A DNA stretch of 56,150 nt, filler included, from Trypethelium eluteriae (GCA_051942245.1; 2 parts of 2 records of this genome joined end to end with filler, not necessarily neighbours in it); one strand, 5' to 3'. Counted from the whole stretch's first letter, positions 1-13,743 are shown. Notes: generated by a model from the sequence alone, not told the origin. Numbers and translations are program-made.

Positions 1-783
1 GTCGTCTGGGACGATGAAGGGGAAGAGTTTGCGGTGGGGTTTGAGAGAGGGGTGGTAGTGTATGAGTTGGATGCACGGCCGAGATCTACGATTATACCGA
101 GTCCGAGGACGAAGGTTGGGAGACTGCGATATCTGCCTCTGGAAAACAAGCATGTGGAAACAAATGGAGAGGGAGAGGATCAAAAAAGTGGGGAGCGTAA
201 AGTATTGGCTCTGAGCACAGAAGACGGAAGAGTATTATTTTATGACACCACGGCCGCAGCAATCTTGAAAGATAATGCTGCGCAACCTCAGGATGGCAAA
301 GATAGTGGTACAGACGTGGAGAAGACTGCCACATTTCTAGGGCAGCTCGGAGGACGAACAGTGGGAGTCTCCGGACGGATCAAAGATTTCAAAGTCCTAG
401 TGACACTAGACGCAACTACGCATCCCCAGAACAAGCGCCTTTTGATCATAACAGCAAGCAGTGATGGAGCAGTACGCGTATGGAGTGCAAGTCACCAAGA
501 GCTGGAAGTTGCAGGGGCAGAGCTAGAGAATGGAGAGAAAGAAGTCGAAAAGACTCTGGAGAATGGTGCAATAAGTGCAAAGGTGAATGGCAACACGACA
601 TCTGAAAGGCAGATCGGGAAACTTTTAGGCACTTATGAGACCGGACATCGAATCACTTGCTTGGAAGCCTTCATGTCCGCTCCTGCTTCCGTCCCTGAAG
701 ACTCGACCCGCGAAAAGGAAGCATGGGAAGGAGCAGAATCGAGTAGTAGCGATGACGATGAAGAGGACGATGAGGAAGAATGA
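1..783 (+). CDS. MAK11: WD40-repeat 60S ribosome biogenesis protein, Mak11-like (3' part; 5' end lies outside the window)
   Basis: Open frame from the window edge. WD-like blades (LALSTEDGRVLFYD, GRIKDF, IITASSDGAVRVW), LLGTYETGHRITCLEAF and an acidic tail, all typical of fungal Mak11. Confidence 0.75.
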   Translation, partial: VVWDDEGEEFAVGFERGVVVYELDARPRSTIIPSPRTKVGRLRYLPLENKHVETNGEGEDQKSGERKVLALSTEDGRVLFYDTTAAAILKDNAAQPQDGKDSGTDVEKTATFLGQLGGRTVGVSGRIKDFKVLVTLDATTHPQNKRLLIITASSDGAVRVWSASHQELEVAGAELENGEKEVEKTLENGAISAKVNGNTTSERQIGKLLGTYETGHRITCLEAFMSAPASVPEDSTREKEAWEGAESSSSDDDEEDDEEE

Positions 784-878
784 GAAGGCTCCTCTTCGGA
801 ATGAAAGTGATTTTTCAATCTAGATACCCTTATTCACGCCAAAAAATGCACCTCGCCTCGCTCAAACTTATGTTTCAC

Positions 879-3800
879 TTATAGACTCATCGTTACCGTC
901 ATGCTGTTGCTGTGCACCAGCAGCACCGGCGGTAGGTCCAAGCACAAAACCTCCAAGTCGCTTAGATACCGTACGCTTTCTTCTACACTCTTGCTCGTCC
1001 CCTCCACGGGACTCGGCAGCGTCGTGAACACCACCGCCGTTTCGGAGCTCTCTCGCACCATGAGCTCGTTTAGGATTAGATGTTGGGCCCGACAAGGCAG
1101 ATCATTGAACGATAACGGCACGGATTGCGGAAATGGATAGCCGGTGGCTTGAGAGACTGGGCTGCCTCCTGTGCTGGGTAATGGCGGCGTTTCGTCAGTG
1201 TCAGCGACCTGCGCATTTCCATCTTTGGGCGAGGGCGAGAGCTCCGCAGAGAACATGATGGAGCGCTTGCTATTTTCGTCTTGGGTGACTTTGGTTCTCG
1301 GTATAGGGTTTGACGAAAGCTTCGGTACCGAACTATCACGATGTGTTTTCCGCGACGTTCCGGAGGGGTCGTTGAAAGCAGGCGTGAGTAGCGTGTCAAA
1401 GTTGAACATCTTCCGTTGCTGGGGCTTAGCGGAGGTTTCTCTACTTGTACGATTACTTGGCTCTTCCGAAGTGCTTTCAAAAACGCTCGTATCGGAATCG
1501 GAAGTAGAGTCATCGCTGGAGGAGTCGTCTATGTGGTGGTTTTTCGTGAGGTTGGGTTCAAGCCGATGAGCGTGCATGCCCAAGGTCACCCCTAATTCAC
1601 TGACATGGCTCTTTGCGCGATGTTTCCTCGACTTCTGAATCATATCTTGGAGATGAATAACCTGTCCAAACTTACTTGACACCCGTCTAGCGCTTTGGCT
1701 GGAAGCGCTCGGTACTTTCTGGAGAACCAAGTTTTCCGGTTCAGACATCCGTCTTGCTGCTGGAGAGGCACCTCGTTGACCCCTGGAGCGCTGTATCTCC
1801 TGCCACCATTCGTCATTCTCCAAAGCGTCATTCACATAGCTTTCTGCGTCGCTATCTGGCGCTGCGCCATTCACAATGACCTCGTAGGTTGGGAGTTCGC
1901 CTGAAGCCAGTGCAAAAACCAGAACTTCGCCTGCAATTCGCAGTTTGGTGAGTAGAGATTTCACTCGACCCCGCTCTTCCTCAATGTCAGATTCGTACTC
2001 GACAAATACATTGACTCGGAGGTGATAAGCCCTTTTCCATGATGGTACAGTATTTAGTATGCAGCCGAGTTGTAGGATCAAGGTGTAAGTGTCAAAGTTC
2101 GTAGTAAGCACATTGCGCGTGTCGTCCCCTTCCGTAGCAATCTCAGCCGACATTTGAATTGGCCAAAGATCGATATATTTCTTGAGGTTAGTCTGGTCTT
2201 CGTTTTGCATGAGGCCCAACATAGCCCGAGCCCGCTCGAGTCGCGTTGGTCTTGGCAATGGTATCTCTAACTCTTGGAAGCCTTTAGCGATAGCGACGTT
2301 GACTCGAAGCCTCAACAGCAGATCTTCGAGTACTGTTAGGTAACTCTGAGCACCAACATCACTTTCAGGTCTATCATCATCCGTGGGAAGAAGGCCTCGA
2401 AGTGTAACCTCTGTGCTTTGTGTGCGTTGATGGCGCTTAGCCTTTTGCAGATTCGAGTACGTCGGCGTCCTCGGAGTTGCAGGACGTGATGGCTGTGGGG
2501 TGGGCACATTGATGAGAGGTTTGCTTTTCCGAAGCTCGTCAAGATTGTAGAATCCCATAACGACGATGTTCGGACGCATGCCCCCAAGACCTGCGCTTAA
2601 GACTATATTCCTTACACCCCATTCAATTGCAGGAGATATGGCAATGTTGACGAAGGCCTTGATTTTCGAAAAGTCAATATATTGTGTCCACGTGTTGTGC
2701 TGTCGTCTAGATTCCGGAACAGCGCCCCCGAAATCATCTGTGACAATAACATGGCCAAGAACGTATAGAGATCCCTTTTTAAGAGAATTGCAAAATTGTA
2801 TCAGCTTATACGAGCGTCTTGGATCATTGACAAGCAACAAGATCTGTGGACGCCAAAACTTGACATGCTCCTGTCTTAGGCGAAGCAGATACTTTCGTAC
2901 CTGGTGGTAGATGAGACTTTGAGACACATCGCCCCAGCTCTTTGGCGGGCTGGTGTAATGAATGAGAAGGAAGATGATTATGACCACAATGGCAGACGCT
3001 GAGGCATAGACTCCATCGACGAAAAACATAGTTGCTGCGCTCAGTAGAGTTCCTAGTAAAGCAGTTACCCAGTTGAAATAGTGGAAGGATGGCCTAAAGT
3101 TTGGTGCCGAACTAATCTTTAGGAGGAAACACGCCAGGTTTGTAACCAGAAATGTCATGAGATAGGCCATGGTAACGAACGAGGCGATTTGGTTAATATC
3201 GGATAGCATTGTCAGCTGGGCCAGGACATAGGTTATCAGAATAGCGTATACTGGCTCATCAGCACCCTTTGTTCCTTGACCGAACACTGACAAGCCTGGT
3301 ACGATTTCGTCTCGCGCAAGAGCTTGAAGGAGTTTCGCAGCTCCTATCACTCCCATCAAGGCCGAGAAAAAGGAAGCGGCAAATTCTCCAAGCAAGATGA
3401 CGACACCTGAGCCGTTAACTTCTTGGATCACATTAGTATTACGGTAAAGCGATGCCCTGGTCACGGTGAATGCAAGAGAAAGTATGACCAAAGCATACGC
3501 CACAAATGTAAGAAGCAAACCGAATAAAGTACCTTTCGGAATCGCCTTACTTGGATGTTTCAAATCGCCTGACATACTAGCACCAGCAAAAATGCCTGCT
3601 GTAGCGGGGTATAGGATGGAGAAAAGGTCTTGAATGTTCTCTCTTCCTTTGATTTGACTTCCGTCCGCTCCTTTGGTAAAATGTGGCCACAAGTTCTCAA
3701 GGAAAGTGTGGAGACTAATACCTCGATAATCTATACCGAGCTCCGGGCTACGGAAGGGTTGGACGAAAAGGGCCGATATAGGAATACTGAAGACGGCGAA

Positions 3801-4746
3801 TAAGAGAATTGCCAAAAGTCCATTGCTACAGCGAGCGAACAGCCCGCTGCCGGCCAAGCAAATGCAAGTGCAAACTACCAGGACCATCGTGCCCCAACAG
3901 AACTGCCACCAAAAGCTTTCTGGCAGCCACTTGGACCAGTTGCCATTCTTTGATCCGAAGTCCTCAAGCAAGCAATCGACCAGACCAATGGCATTCATGC
4001 CGGTGTTCAGAACGAGGCCAAGGTAGAAGACAATGCCAATGGCACCTCCAAACTCCGGTCCAAGGGAGCGTGAAATAAGATAGTACGCACCTCCACCACG
4101 CACCGTGCCATTGGTAGCTATTGCCGATATAGACAGAGTTGTGAGGAGATTAAGCAGATAGCAACCAGCAAGCATACCTGTGCAAAATCGTCAGATTGCA
4201 TTTCCCGGGGAAAAGAAATTAGAGGTCCACTATTAATGTACGCGACATTGACCTACCTATCATGCCTAGAAACCCACTTTGGCCAAGTATGAAGCCGAAG
4301 CGGAGGAACATCAGAATGCTAAGTACGTTCAAGCTTACGGGGACAAAAGCACCAGCAAATGTACCGAGTTTAGGCGTTCCTTTACTGGGGCGTGGTGGTT
4401 TATACTCTGCCATTCGTCCAGGCGATTTGGACTGCCTCTTTGTACTTCTGGGTCCATCATCTTCTAGCCTGATTTTACCATGGCTGCCTGAGAAGATTCT
4501 CTTGAAGGAACTCCATCCGAAAATATTCCTACTCTCCTGGACTCCATCGAATCGTCCTGGACTTCGCTGAGTGGATTTTAAATGTAGTGGTTGGAAAGAA
4601 CGAGCAGATTGAGGTTCTTCAGAACTAGGGTATGCCGATGCTCGCCTGTCCAATTGTGCAGCTGTATCTTCTGCAGCCCGAGTCTGAAAACTCGCTCTGC
4701 TTCGGAACGGAGGTTTTTTAGGAACTGTGGGTGTGAGAGAAGCCAT
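879..4746 (-). CDS. Cation-chloride cotransporter (SLC12 family, Vhc1-like), 2 exons, intron 4178-4256
   Basis: KLGTFAGAFVPVSLNVLSILMFLRFGFILGQ, AIATNGTVRGGGAYYLISRSLGPEFGG, ASMSGDLKHPSKAIPKGT, HVKFWRPQIL and GLGGMRPNI motifs. The GTAGGT...CAG intron joins the two ORFs in frame. Confidence 0.93.
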
Positions 4747-5596
4747 GCCGAAGAAATCCTCTCCTCACAACTCAGGCGGATGATTCTCGAAATATGCCCA
4801 TTGGTCATATCATGATGCTCTCAACGTGCTATCGGTCAAACTCAGTTGTGCATGGCAGTTGGACATGCTTGAGAGATGCGGTGCTCATTCCCTGTCACCA
4901 GGAGTTACCAAGTGTCGAATGCAACAGGTGCCGTCGCGTTCTCACGTAGTCAGCATGTGAGTGGGCCTTATCAGGATTAGAATAGAGTTGTTAGAAGGAA
5001 TTTTGGAGCAGAGCGTGGCGTTTTCCGGAGCCAGATGATGTCCGAGGTCACAATGTCAACACGGCGTGCACGGGTCGAGGGCCAAGGAACGAGACCCGCC
5101 GCACGCGACAGTGAACAAAGGCCCGGATTCGCTCTTCGACCGAGCATGCTTCTCTCGTATCTCCGCTGATGACAGGTTCGTCCTCTTAGCCTCCGTCTAT
5201 GTGGCATTCAAAAATCTGGCTTTGGGACTGTAAAGTGCCAGTGCAGAGGACTGTGTTCCCCTCCCCGCTTCCGTCTTGCAAAGCCCAAGCCCCCGGACCG
5301 TTTTCTTGGTGCAACCACCGGCAACAGCTCCGTGTGCAGGGTAAGAGAGCATTCGCAAATCGGCAATAGTCCATTCGGTACACAGGTATTAGTAACCGGT
5401 CCCGCTGTTCAGACGACTACCTCAGCCTCAGCAATTCTGCATCCCGTCTCAATTGACCGGTGACGAACGCTGGAACAGGCCGGATTCATCCTGGGCTCTT
5501 TAATGTCTATATTTAAGCTACGATCTTGTGTTTGGGCAGCAGCAGCAAATTTGTTCTTGATACGGTAGCGATTTAAGCATTCACGCAAAGAGGACA

Positions 5597-8036
5597 ATGT
5601 CAACGACTGGTAAACAAGTCCCGGAGGCCTCTATAGCAAGACCAGTACCAAAAACAAGTTCTGTCAGTCATGAAGAGGATTTGGGCGACGCATCTCCGAC
5701 TCGAGCCTCTTACACTGCGAGACTAGCTTCCCCAGTACCATCACAAACCCACACGTCGCGATCTCCACTGCGAGTACCTCGATCAAGCCAACCCGGCACT
5801 GAAGAGCCTTCACAATCTCAGACACCGTTACCAGGGCTTGGAAGTGGGCATTCATCATTAGTCGGACCCGGAGACTCTGCGCTCGCTCAGGCGCTGAGAG
5901 GATCTTTGGGGCAGAGTCCGCCACGATTCGGAACACCGCCTTTGGGCCGGTACTCTCCAGCACCTTTAGATGGTACTGATGAACGGCGGCCAGTCAGAAG
6001 CAATTATGGCTCTTTCGACCCATCATCCGGATTTCAAGAACCTACGGGCCGCAGTCCAAAACCCGAAATCATCAAAAAGCATCTTTTCCAACCGGCGTCG
6101 ATCGGCTCCTTGAAGAGAGCAAGTCAAGAGCAGGGCATACCTAGTCGGGGCTTAGGAAAACATAGTCGGGGTCATAGCGGCCAAACAACTGGTTCGGAGG
6201 ATCAAGACAAGGACGAAGAGTTTTCCAGCTTGCAACTACAAGGCGGAGACACTCATAGGGGCATTTATAGATGGACAGAGCAGGCAGAAGCGGAAGGAAT
6301 AGGCTCAAAGCCTGGGCCAGCGAAGAGAAGTAAAAGCTTGGATCTTGGCCGGCTACCCCCAGAAGATGAGGAATTCGATGTCGGAAGCATCAAGCAACCA
6401 CAGGGTTTTCGCAGGAATTACCTCCGAAGAGCAGCGAATGAATCTAACATATCACAACAAGGTTCTATCCAACAGACAGCTATGGCATCAGAAGTCCGTA
6501 CGAGACCGCAGTTCGTCGCGAATAATTTTCTTGAATTCCTCAGTCTCTATGGCCATTTTGCTGGAGAAGAGCTTACCGAAGATGATGAGGCCTTGAGACC
6601 CGATGAATATTTTTCGTCGGATGCTTACGATGATACGGAGACGGACGGCGCCGGTGACGGCGGTGAGAGGGAATACGGCGAGGACAGCGCACTCTTAACT
6701 CCTGGCAAGAGAAAGCGCAGGAGAAAAGAAAGACCTGTGGGCAACGTGAGTCCAGGAGGGGCAGCGATGATGTTATTGAAGTCCTTCGTTGGCACTGGCG
6801 TTCTTTTCCTCCCACGGGCATTCTACAACGGTGGCATGGTGTTCAGCAATGTCGTTCTACTTGCCGTAGCCGGTCTCAGCTATTACTGCTTCTGCCTCTT
6901 GACCCGAACCCGTTTGGTCCTCGGACAATCATTCGGCGACATGGGAGATAAGCTTTATGGTGGCTGGCTCAAGTTCCTCATTAATTTCTCCCTTGTCTTG
7001 AGCCAGGTTGGTTTTGTCTCAGCCTATATTGTCTTCGTCTCGGAAAACCTCCAGGCCTTTTTCCTTGCTGTCTCTAAATGCCAGTGGGACATTGACATTC
7101 GCTGGTTCATCTTTGGTCAAATGCTCATCTTCATGCCCATTTCGCTCATTCGCCAGATTCACAATCTCGAAAAGTTTGTGCTTGTCGCAGATGCACTCAT
7201 CGTCCTCGGACTTGTCTATCTCTTCTACTACGACTTTTCAACGCTCGCCATACACCATTGGACTACCGACATCATCCAGTTCAACCGCGAAACCTGGACG
7301 CTCTTCATCGGTACTGCTATCTTTACGTTCGAAGGCATTGGTCTCATCATCCCCATTCAATCCTCTATGAAGGAACCCGCTCAGTTTCCGCGTGTCCTTG
7401 GTCTCGTCATGATCGGAATCACTATCATCTTCCTCAGCTCCGGCGCCTTCTCTTACGCTGCCTTCGGCTCCCACACCAAGACAGTCATTCTCCTCAACAT
7501 GCCTCAGGATAATCCCTTCGTCCAAACAGTCCAATTCCTGTACTCAATGGCGATTCTATTGTCGACACCACTGCAGATCTTCCCTGCTATCGAGATCAGT
7601 GCTCAGCAGTGTTTCAGTAAATCTGGAAAGTACAACCCCTGGATCAAATGGCAGAAGAATTTCTTTCGTTTCTTTGTTGTAGCCGCATGTGCCCTAATCG
7701 CATGGGTCGGCGCGGGTGATTTAGACAAGTTTGTGAGCTTGGTGGGGAGCTTTGCGTGCATTCCACTCGTGTATATCTACCCGGTACGTTGACCGCATTT
7801 TCAACCTCTCTCTCCTTTTTCCCTCCAACGTTGTTCGTTCGCCAAAGGAGCTAACATCGATCGAACAGCCAATGCTCCACTACAAAGCCGTCTCTCGCAC
7901 CACTCTTCGCCGTTCCATGGATATCGCGCTCTGCATCTTTGGCGCCATCCTCATGGCATACACGACGGGCCTCACAATCGCGAGCTGGGTCGGTGGTAAA
8001 GGTGGTAAAGAACCTGGATATTGCGATGATCGCTGA
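5597..8036 (+). CDS. Vacuolar amino-acid transporter (Aa_trans family, Avt3/Avt4-like), intron 7784-7868
   Basis: Long S/P-rich N-terminus with LQGGDTHRGIYRW, GFRRNYL and NNFLEFLSLYGHFAGEEL. TM core LLKSFVGTGVLFLPRAF and FIGTAIFTFEGIGLIIPI. GTACGT..GCTAAC..CAG intron precedes PMLHYKAV. Confidence 0.92.
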
Positions 8037-9175
8037 TATGCCCCCTGTTCCAAAACTCTTGTTCTCACGTCGACTCTTACAACATCGGAGAGTATCTGTT
8101 CGCCCTAATTCAAAGTATCTTGGAGCGTTTTAGCGTTTTGCATAGCATAGGATTGCATTAGAATGCATTAGAATGTGTTTCAAGTTTTCCTTTGACTTTA
8201 CACGTAAATGTATAACCTTTTTCAAGAGTCTCTTCTCGAGACGACGTAGCATCCAGAGGTCAGCCTTGAGTGAAGGAGGGGGATGCTTTTTGGCTTTATC
8301 GCTCTAAACGAACTTTTGTACACAACGATCCATGGAACCCGCTCAGAATGTATGCCCGTTTGAATTGTGTCATATCTACATCACCCAGTGTTGATGTTGA
8401 AGAGTGACTCCCCAACAGGTCTCTGCTTTTTGAGGGATAGACTCGTATGAACGTCTCCGAGACGATGAACTGCAAGGGTGCGCCCGGAAAGGTTTGCGGC
8501 GGATTCTTATCAGCTCCCAGTGCTTCTCGGATTGCGGACCAATCGCGGTAGCCTTTGCTCGAAGCATTATAGGAAAGTAGGTCCTCAGTCAAGCCCGGTA
8601 AGATTTGTAGTGCATCGTACCATAGCTAACTTGACCGTTATGACTCTTGCTGCATGCTTGCGACCGGCCGAACTTAATCACGCTCTATCCGTGAGGAGAC
8701 TTACAATACCCTTGTCCCGCTAGTAGATTCGCAACACCATATAGTGTTCACCAGTCCAGGGCCACTTTTTCTGCTTTCTCCCACCTATTCGGACCACCTT
8801 GATTTTGCGGGCCCTTGTCTGTCTCAGTACAGAGATCTAAACTTAGGCACGCGATTTAGGCAGTCAGTGATGGACGCTAGTAGATTCGCAAGAATACCCA
8901 GACATTGATTAGACAGCCCGAGTTGCACGAGCAGATATTGTCCTGAAATGGTTAATGTTGGCATGTACGCAGAAGTAAAAAATGATAATAATGAAGTCCG
9001 AGTCATCTTCAATTGAATTCCATGCCTTTGTACGGATATATAAGTCACTGATGGCCTCCTGCACTGTGAGCCTGTCAAGCTCGTCCTTCACATCAAGCCG
9101 AGAAAGCAGTTCCTACCTCAGAAGAACGAATCACACCAGGGCTTTCTGCTCTAGCATACCTTCTTGCAGATCATA

Positions 9176-10027
9176 ATGTCTGTTCAACCGATTGAAATTT
9201 GGAGTCATAACTCTGCTCCAAATCCATGGTGAGTTCTCCATAGTAGGCTCGGATTGTACTGCAATTACTCAATGATAGATCAACAGGAAAGTCCGTATCA
9301 TACTCGATGAGCTCAGCCTTCCTTACACCGTCCATGATGTGGATTTCCCCGAAGCCAAGAGTGAATCTTATCTGAAGATTTGTCCCAACGGCCGCTTGCC
9401 AGCTATTAGAGATCCAAATACAGGCCTGACTCTCTGGGAGGTAAAATCATGAAATCCTTCTCTGGATAGTGTGACTTAGGTTGATGCTCCAACAGTCCGA
9501 TGCTATCATCCTGTATCTAGTCGACCAATACGATAGGACTGGAAAGATCTCGTACAAGGATGGGACTGAGAAGCACCTGTCTCTCCAGTGGATAATATTC
9601 CAAGCTTCCGGTATGAGATCACCGACTCTGACGGCTTATTCTAGACACGGCTGATGACTGACTGATATATTTAGGGCAAGGTCCATATTTTGGACAGTTG
9701 GCGTGGTTCGCCAAATTCCATTCAGAAAAGCTGCCCTCGGCCATTGACCGATACGTGAAGGAGATAGAGCGGGTTACGGCTGTTCTTGATAAAGCCGTAT
9801 CGTACACGGGATGGTTGGTAGGAGACAGATGCACCTTCGTTGACTTGTCCTTTGTAAATTGGGCGATGGTTGCTCGTCGTCTCTTCAAGGAACTTGGGAA
9901 GGAAGATGAGCTCAAGAAATTCCCAAACCACGAGAAATGGATTGAAAAGATGAGCTCTAGGGAGTCTGTAAGATATAGTCTTGACAGCATCAGAGAGGCA
10001 CGACTTGCTCAGGGTCTCAGTAATTAG
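9176..10027 (+). CDS. Glutathione S-transferase (Ure2p/GstA-like), 4 exons
   Basis: Manual splice gives MSVQPIEIWSHNSAPNPW/KVRIILDELSLPY...KICPNGRLPAIRDPNTGLTLWE/SDAIILYLVDQYD...QWIIFQAS/GQGPYFGQLAWF...WLVGDRCTFVDLSFVNW, with three GT-AG introns. Confidence 0.9.
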
Positions 10028-10755
10028 TCGATCGCTCCAGTCATGATAGAGTTGTCTTGTCCGAGACCACGGTGTGAGAACGGACTCTTGCAACAGCCTT
10101 AGCTAGAACATATGCAATCAAATCATTTTCCTTAGTGGCTAAGAGGCTTACTTTCCTGGATACGGTTAGCAGAAACTGATTTGACGTAGCAAGCCCGCTG
10201 TGGCCAATTCGAAAGTGCATATGGGATGGTGGGGATGTGCACAAACACTAGCGATTCCTATGGAGCACACGGCACATTGCAGATTACCTATGAGACTCAA
10301 GTTCAGGCTCAATGGCTAGATTATTCGACGCGTTGGGTAAGTTTTTATTCAGATGATAAGTCTTGTCAAAGCTACCACAGAGTAGCTCAATGGCCCCTAG
10401 CTGAAATGTAACTGGAGACAAGGCTGGAGCCAAAGAATGAATCATCGTCTTAAACCGAGCACGGTTGAACATCAGCAAAGGAAGCCTCGAACAGTGGACT
10501 CGGGTACTCTGGAACACAGCATTAGTATTACACGGTGCAGTAGTGGTAAGGTATGCAACGAAAACATGACCCGGACGAAATGTGAATATAAAAGGTCCAT
10601 TGAGTCGTTTCTCTCGACAAATCGACATTGACAAAATCTTTGTGAACAAAAGGAAATTAAGCACCGGCACTATGAGGTATTCATGATACAGGGAATGTTC
10701 AGTGGAAATCTTGATAATGATTTAGACAAAGGGGTTTCTATCCCCTATCAAATCA

Positions 10756-12424
10756 TCAGCTCGGTCCCGACATTATGAAGAATCCAAGATTTAGTAGCAA
10801 CGAGCCAGCGACTGCATCAGAATAGGAGAATTCTTCTGGTGTTGAGATTGCCTGTACATCACGTAAGAATATATAACTGATATAGCAGTGGAACGAGGCA
10901 CACCTACCAAGGCTGATGCTTTGGGAATGCACCCTCGGATGCCAATATCACTGAGCACACCCTTGATCCACTCCCGCTGCACGTCAGGTATACTCGGTAC
11001 TTGCGACGAAGTATATAGAGGCCATATTAGCAATAGGCCATGCAGTGCTTTGATTGAGTAGTCGCTCAGATGCTGGGAATCTTGCAATCTACTCAAATTA
11101 CCGTCAAAGAGAAAAAATGGAACAGAAGCGCAGGTGCTGTCAACTGCACCTAAGACAGCCTGAGCCACGTCTTTGAACTTCTTGGCATCATCGGAGTCTT
11201 TAGACTCAAGGAATCGCCCACTTTGTAGCAGAAACGAGCCACAAATGATCACCATCGTTCGAAAAATGTTCCACATGTAAGCAACGTGAACTTGTGATGG
11301 AATACATTTAGCAGCACTCAAAACACAAGCTTTCCGATTTTAAACTTACTGTTAGTATAGATTTCGTATTCGTTCGAGGGACCAGGTTGGAAACTTTGGT
11401 CTTGATAAGCAGGCGAGACCTGAACTAAAACAGTCCGCTTTGTTCCAGCCGGCATGATGTTTGGGAGCAGAGTAAGGTCTTTGTAGATGCGTTTGACAAT
11501 ATTGTGAAGCTTGAGGACCTCTAGTTTTCGAGGCGTTTTCGGTCCTCTGAAGACGTCGTCCATTTCAGGCGTTAGTTTTCTGAGCTGGAAGACTAGAAGG
11601 CTCAAGAACAGGTGAGACTGGGTAAGGCAGTCTGAGGAGACCTCTAGATGTCCATTCCAATCCAGGTTGTCCGCAAGGATACAGTTCTTGACGAAAGCAC
11701 CGAAGTCTTTGTTAATGTAAGGGCTTCTTAATTGAGATTCTTGTTTCAGCAGTGCCAAGATACCGTCTAAATGCATTTTCCATCCTCTCTCTTCAGGAGA
11801 AGTACTCGTCGTCATCTAAAAAAGAATAAGTATCTTTATGTGAGCTGAACGGGCGTTACGGACCTGATATATAGCAAGAAGAAACACCGAAGTCGGAAGA
11901 AGTCCGCAGCCGGGAAAATACGCAAGTGTCTTGTTCAGGTGACTGAGTGTATCGCAGTATTTACCGTGAAGCAACAATCGAATCTCATTTGGCAAGGAAA
12001 GCTCCCGGAGGAACATGAACGCTGCGCTCACCACGTCCAGCACGGCGACAAAGGAGTATTTAGCCTCACTCTCAGTAAGGGCCATTTCCAGGCGATGGAG
12101 GTAGGTCGGTGGACTCGCCAAGCTCTCTGGCTGGATAACGAAATTCTTCATGAAGAGTGATAGTGAGTACTGCTTCCACAACGGGCGTGCATGATGCGTG
12201 AGCCCTCCCAAAGGACGGTCAAAGCCTACTCGCGGGGCCAGCTGCACGTTTGTGGAAGCTGGCCCTTTCCGAAGTTCCATCTTGCCGGAGGTTCTTGGGC
12301 CATACCCTAGACAGGTCCTCCTGGCTTTTTTGCATTGCGAGCATTTCGGATGGGTCTCGTCGCATTTGATCCGTCTTGCTCTGCAGGTGCCACAAGCGCC
12401 GCTTCGATGCCCAGGGTTCACCAT
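10756..12424 (-). CDS. Zn(II)2Cys6 fungal transcription factor, multi-exon (3' end approximate)
   Basis: MVNPGHRSGACGTCRARRIKCDETHPKCSQCKKARRTCLGY binuclear cluster. Downstream exons carry WKMHLDGILALL, WNIFRTMVI and GLLLIWPLY...WIKGVLSDIG. Confidence 0.88.
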
Positions 12425-12852
12425 TAAGCAGGGCTCTTGTTAGTGAGTGCTAGATTCCGGATTTCGTGGATCTGAATACGCAGGCTTGCGAATTGACAAG
12501 CGTGGAGTTTCCACATCTTTTAAACGTTCGCGTTCAACGTCTATTTGGAGTCATAGCATGGTCAACGTTAGGAAGTAGAATAGTCTTGCGAGTTCACTAG
12601 CGTCGAAGTCCAACTTTAGTGTTATAATTAGCTCAGCCACAACCGTGAACGCTCGGGCCACGAGCTTTTGGTGCTCTCCAGCTCGCACCACTCGCAAATG
12701 TGACGTGACTCGCTGCGCGGTGTATAATGCTAGCGCTGGCTGCACGGCGTCTTCAGCTACAGCGGTCTTTGGTATTTGCGTCTATCCGTGAGTTCCGAGC
12801 CAAAGAAAGCCACTTCCGTTTTGTATCGGTGTGCAACACACATGAGTTTAAA

Positions 12853-13743
12853 ATGAGCCTGAAGGAGCCAACCGCCGAGGATGCTATCAAGTTATTTCAG
12901 GCAATTGAAGAGAAGTTCCCTTCGGCAAGTATAGGAGGAGACAAATGGTATTTGTCAACGGTCAGACCATATACCATCGTAGCCCAAGAAATCGACACTC
13001 ATTTATTTCTAGATTTCGGCTCTGACCGGAGGTGGCGTCCCCGAGTTTGCTGCTGAACTCTACAAATACATCATTGCCAAACCTGAATTCTCAACCTCCG
13101 AAGCACGCAAAGCGTTGGTTCGTAGACTGAGAGAGGCATTGGTCAAATGTGTCTCAATCGTCGGCGTGTGTAGACCCTTGGAGGCCATCTTCAGCATCGG
13201 AGCAATTGAAAGACCCGAAGACAAGGACTACACATTCACTCGGAAAGACTGGCAATGTGACGAGATGAATCATCAGCGGGGCATGGATTGGCTTGGGAAG
13301 CTTTACAAGCAAAATCTGTCTCTCCCAATGAAAAGAATGGAAGCCCACAAGGATTTCGGTACGTACAAAACGAATTTCTGGAGTGCCTGGCTAATATCTA
13401 CGTAAGAATGGATAAGTAAAGAGATCACCTACGGGCTGTACCTTTCCGATCGTCAGATACTGGACGATACTGATACTCAAATGGTTGTTCTATCTGCAAT
13501 TATGATTCAGAATCTGAAGAACGAGACTGCTTGGCATCTCCGTGGAACACGGCGGGTTGGAGTCAGCGAGCAGGACGTAGAGACAATACAGCAATGTGTA
13601 TGTCAACAGGCTACAGATGATATTGGTTATTTCCGTGTATCACGCTCTTACTAACTGAATCTCAGATTGAATTAATAGCTAAGTTCGCTGAGGTCAGCTT
13701 ACACAAAGTACCAAGAGTCGCGGATATCGAACACGAGGTATAA
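12853..13743 (+). CDS. AhpD-like / carboxymuconolactone decarboxylase-fold protein, 4 exons
   Basis: Spliced product includes DKWYLST/ISALTGGGVPEFAAELY...RRLREALVKCVSIVGVCRPLEA...EITYGLYLSDRQILD...AWHLRGTRRVGVS...VPRVADIEHEV*. Three GT-AG introns with CTAAT/CTAAC branch sites. Confidence 0.75.
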
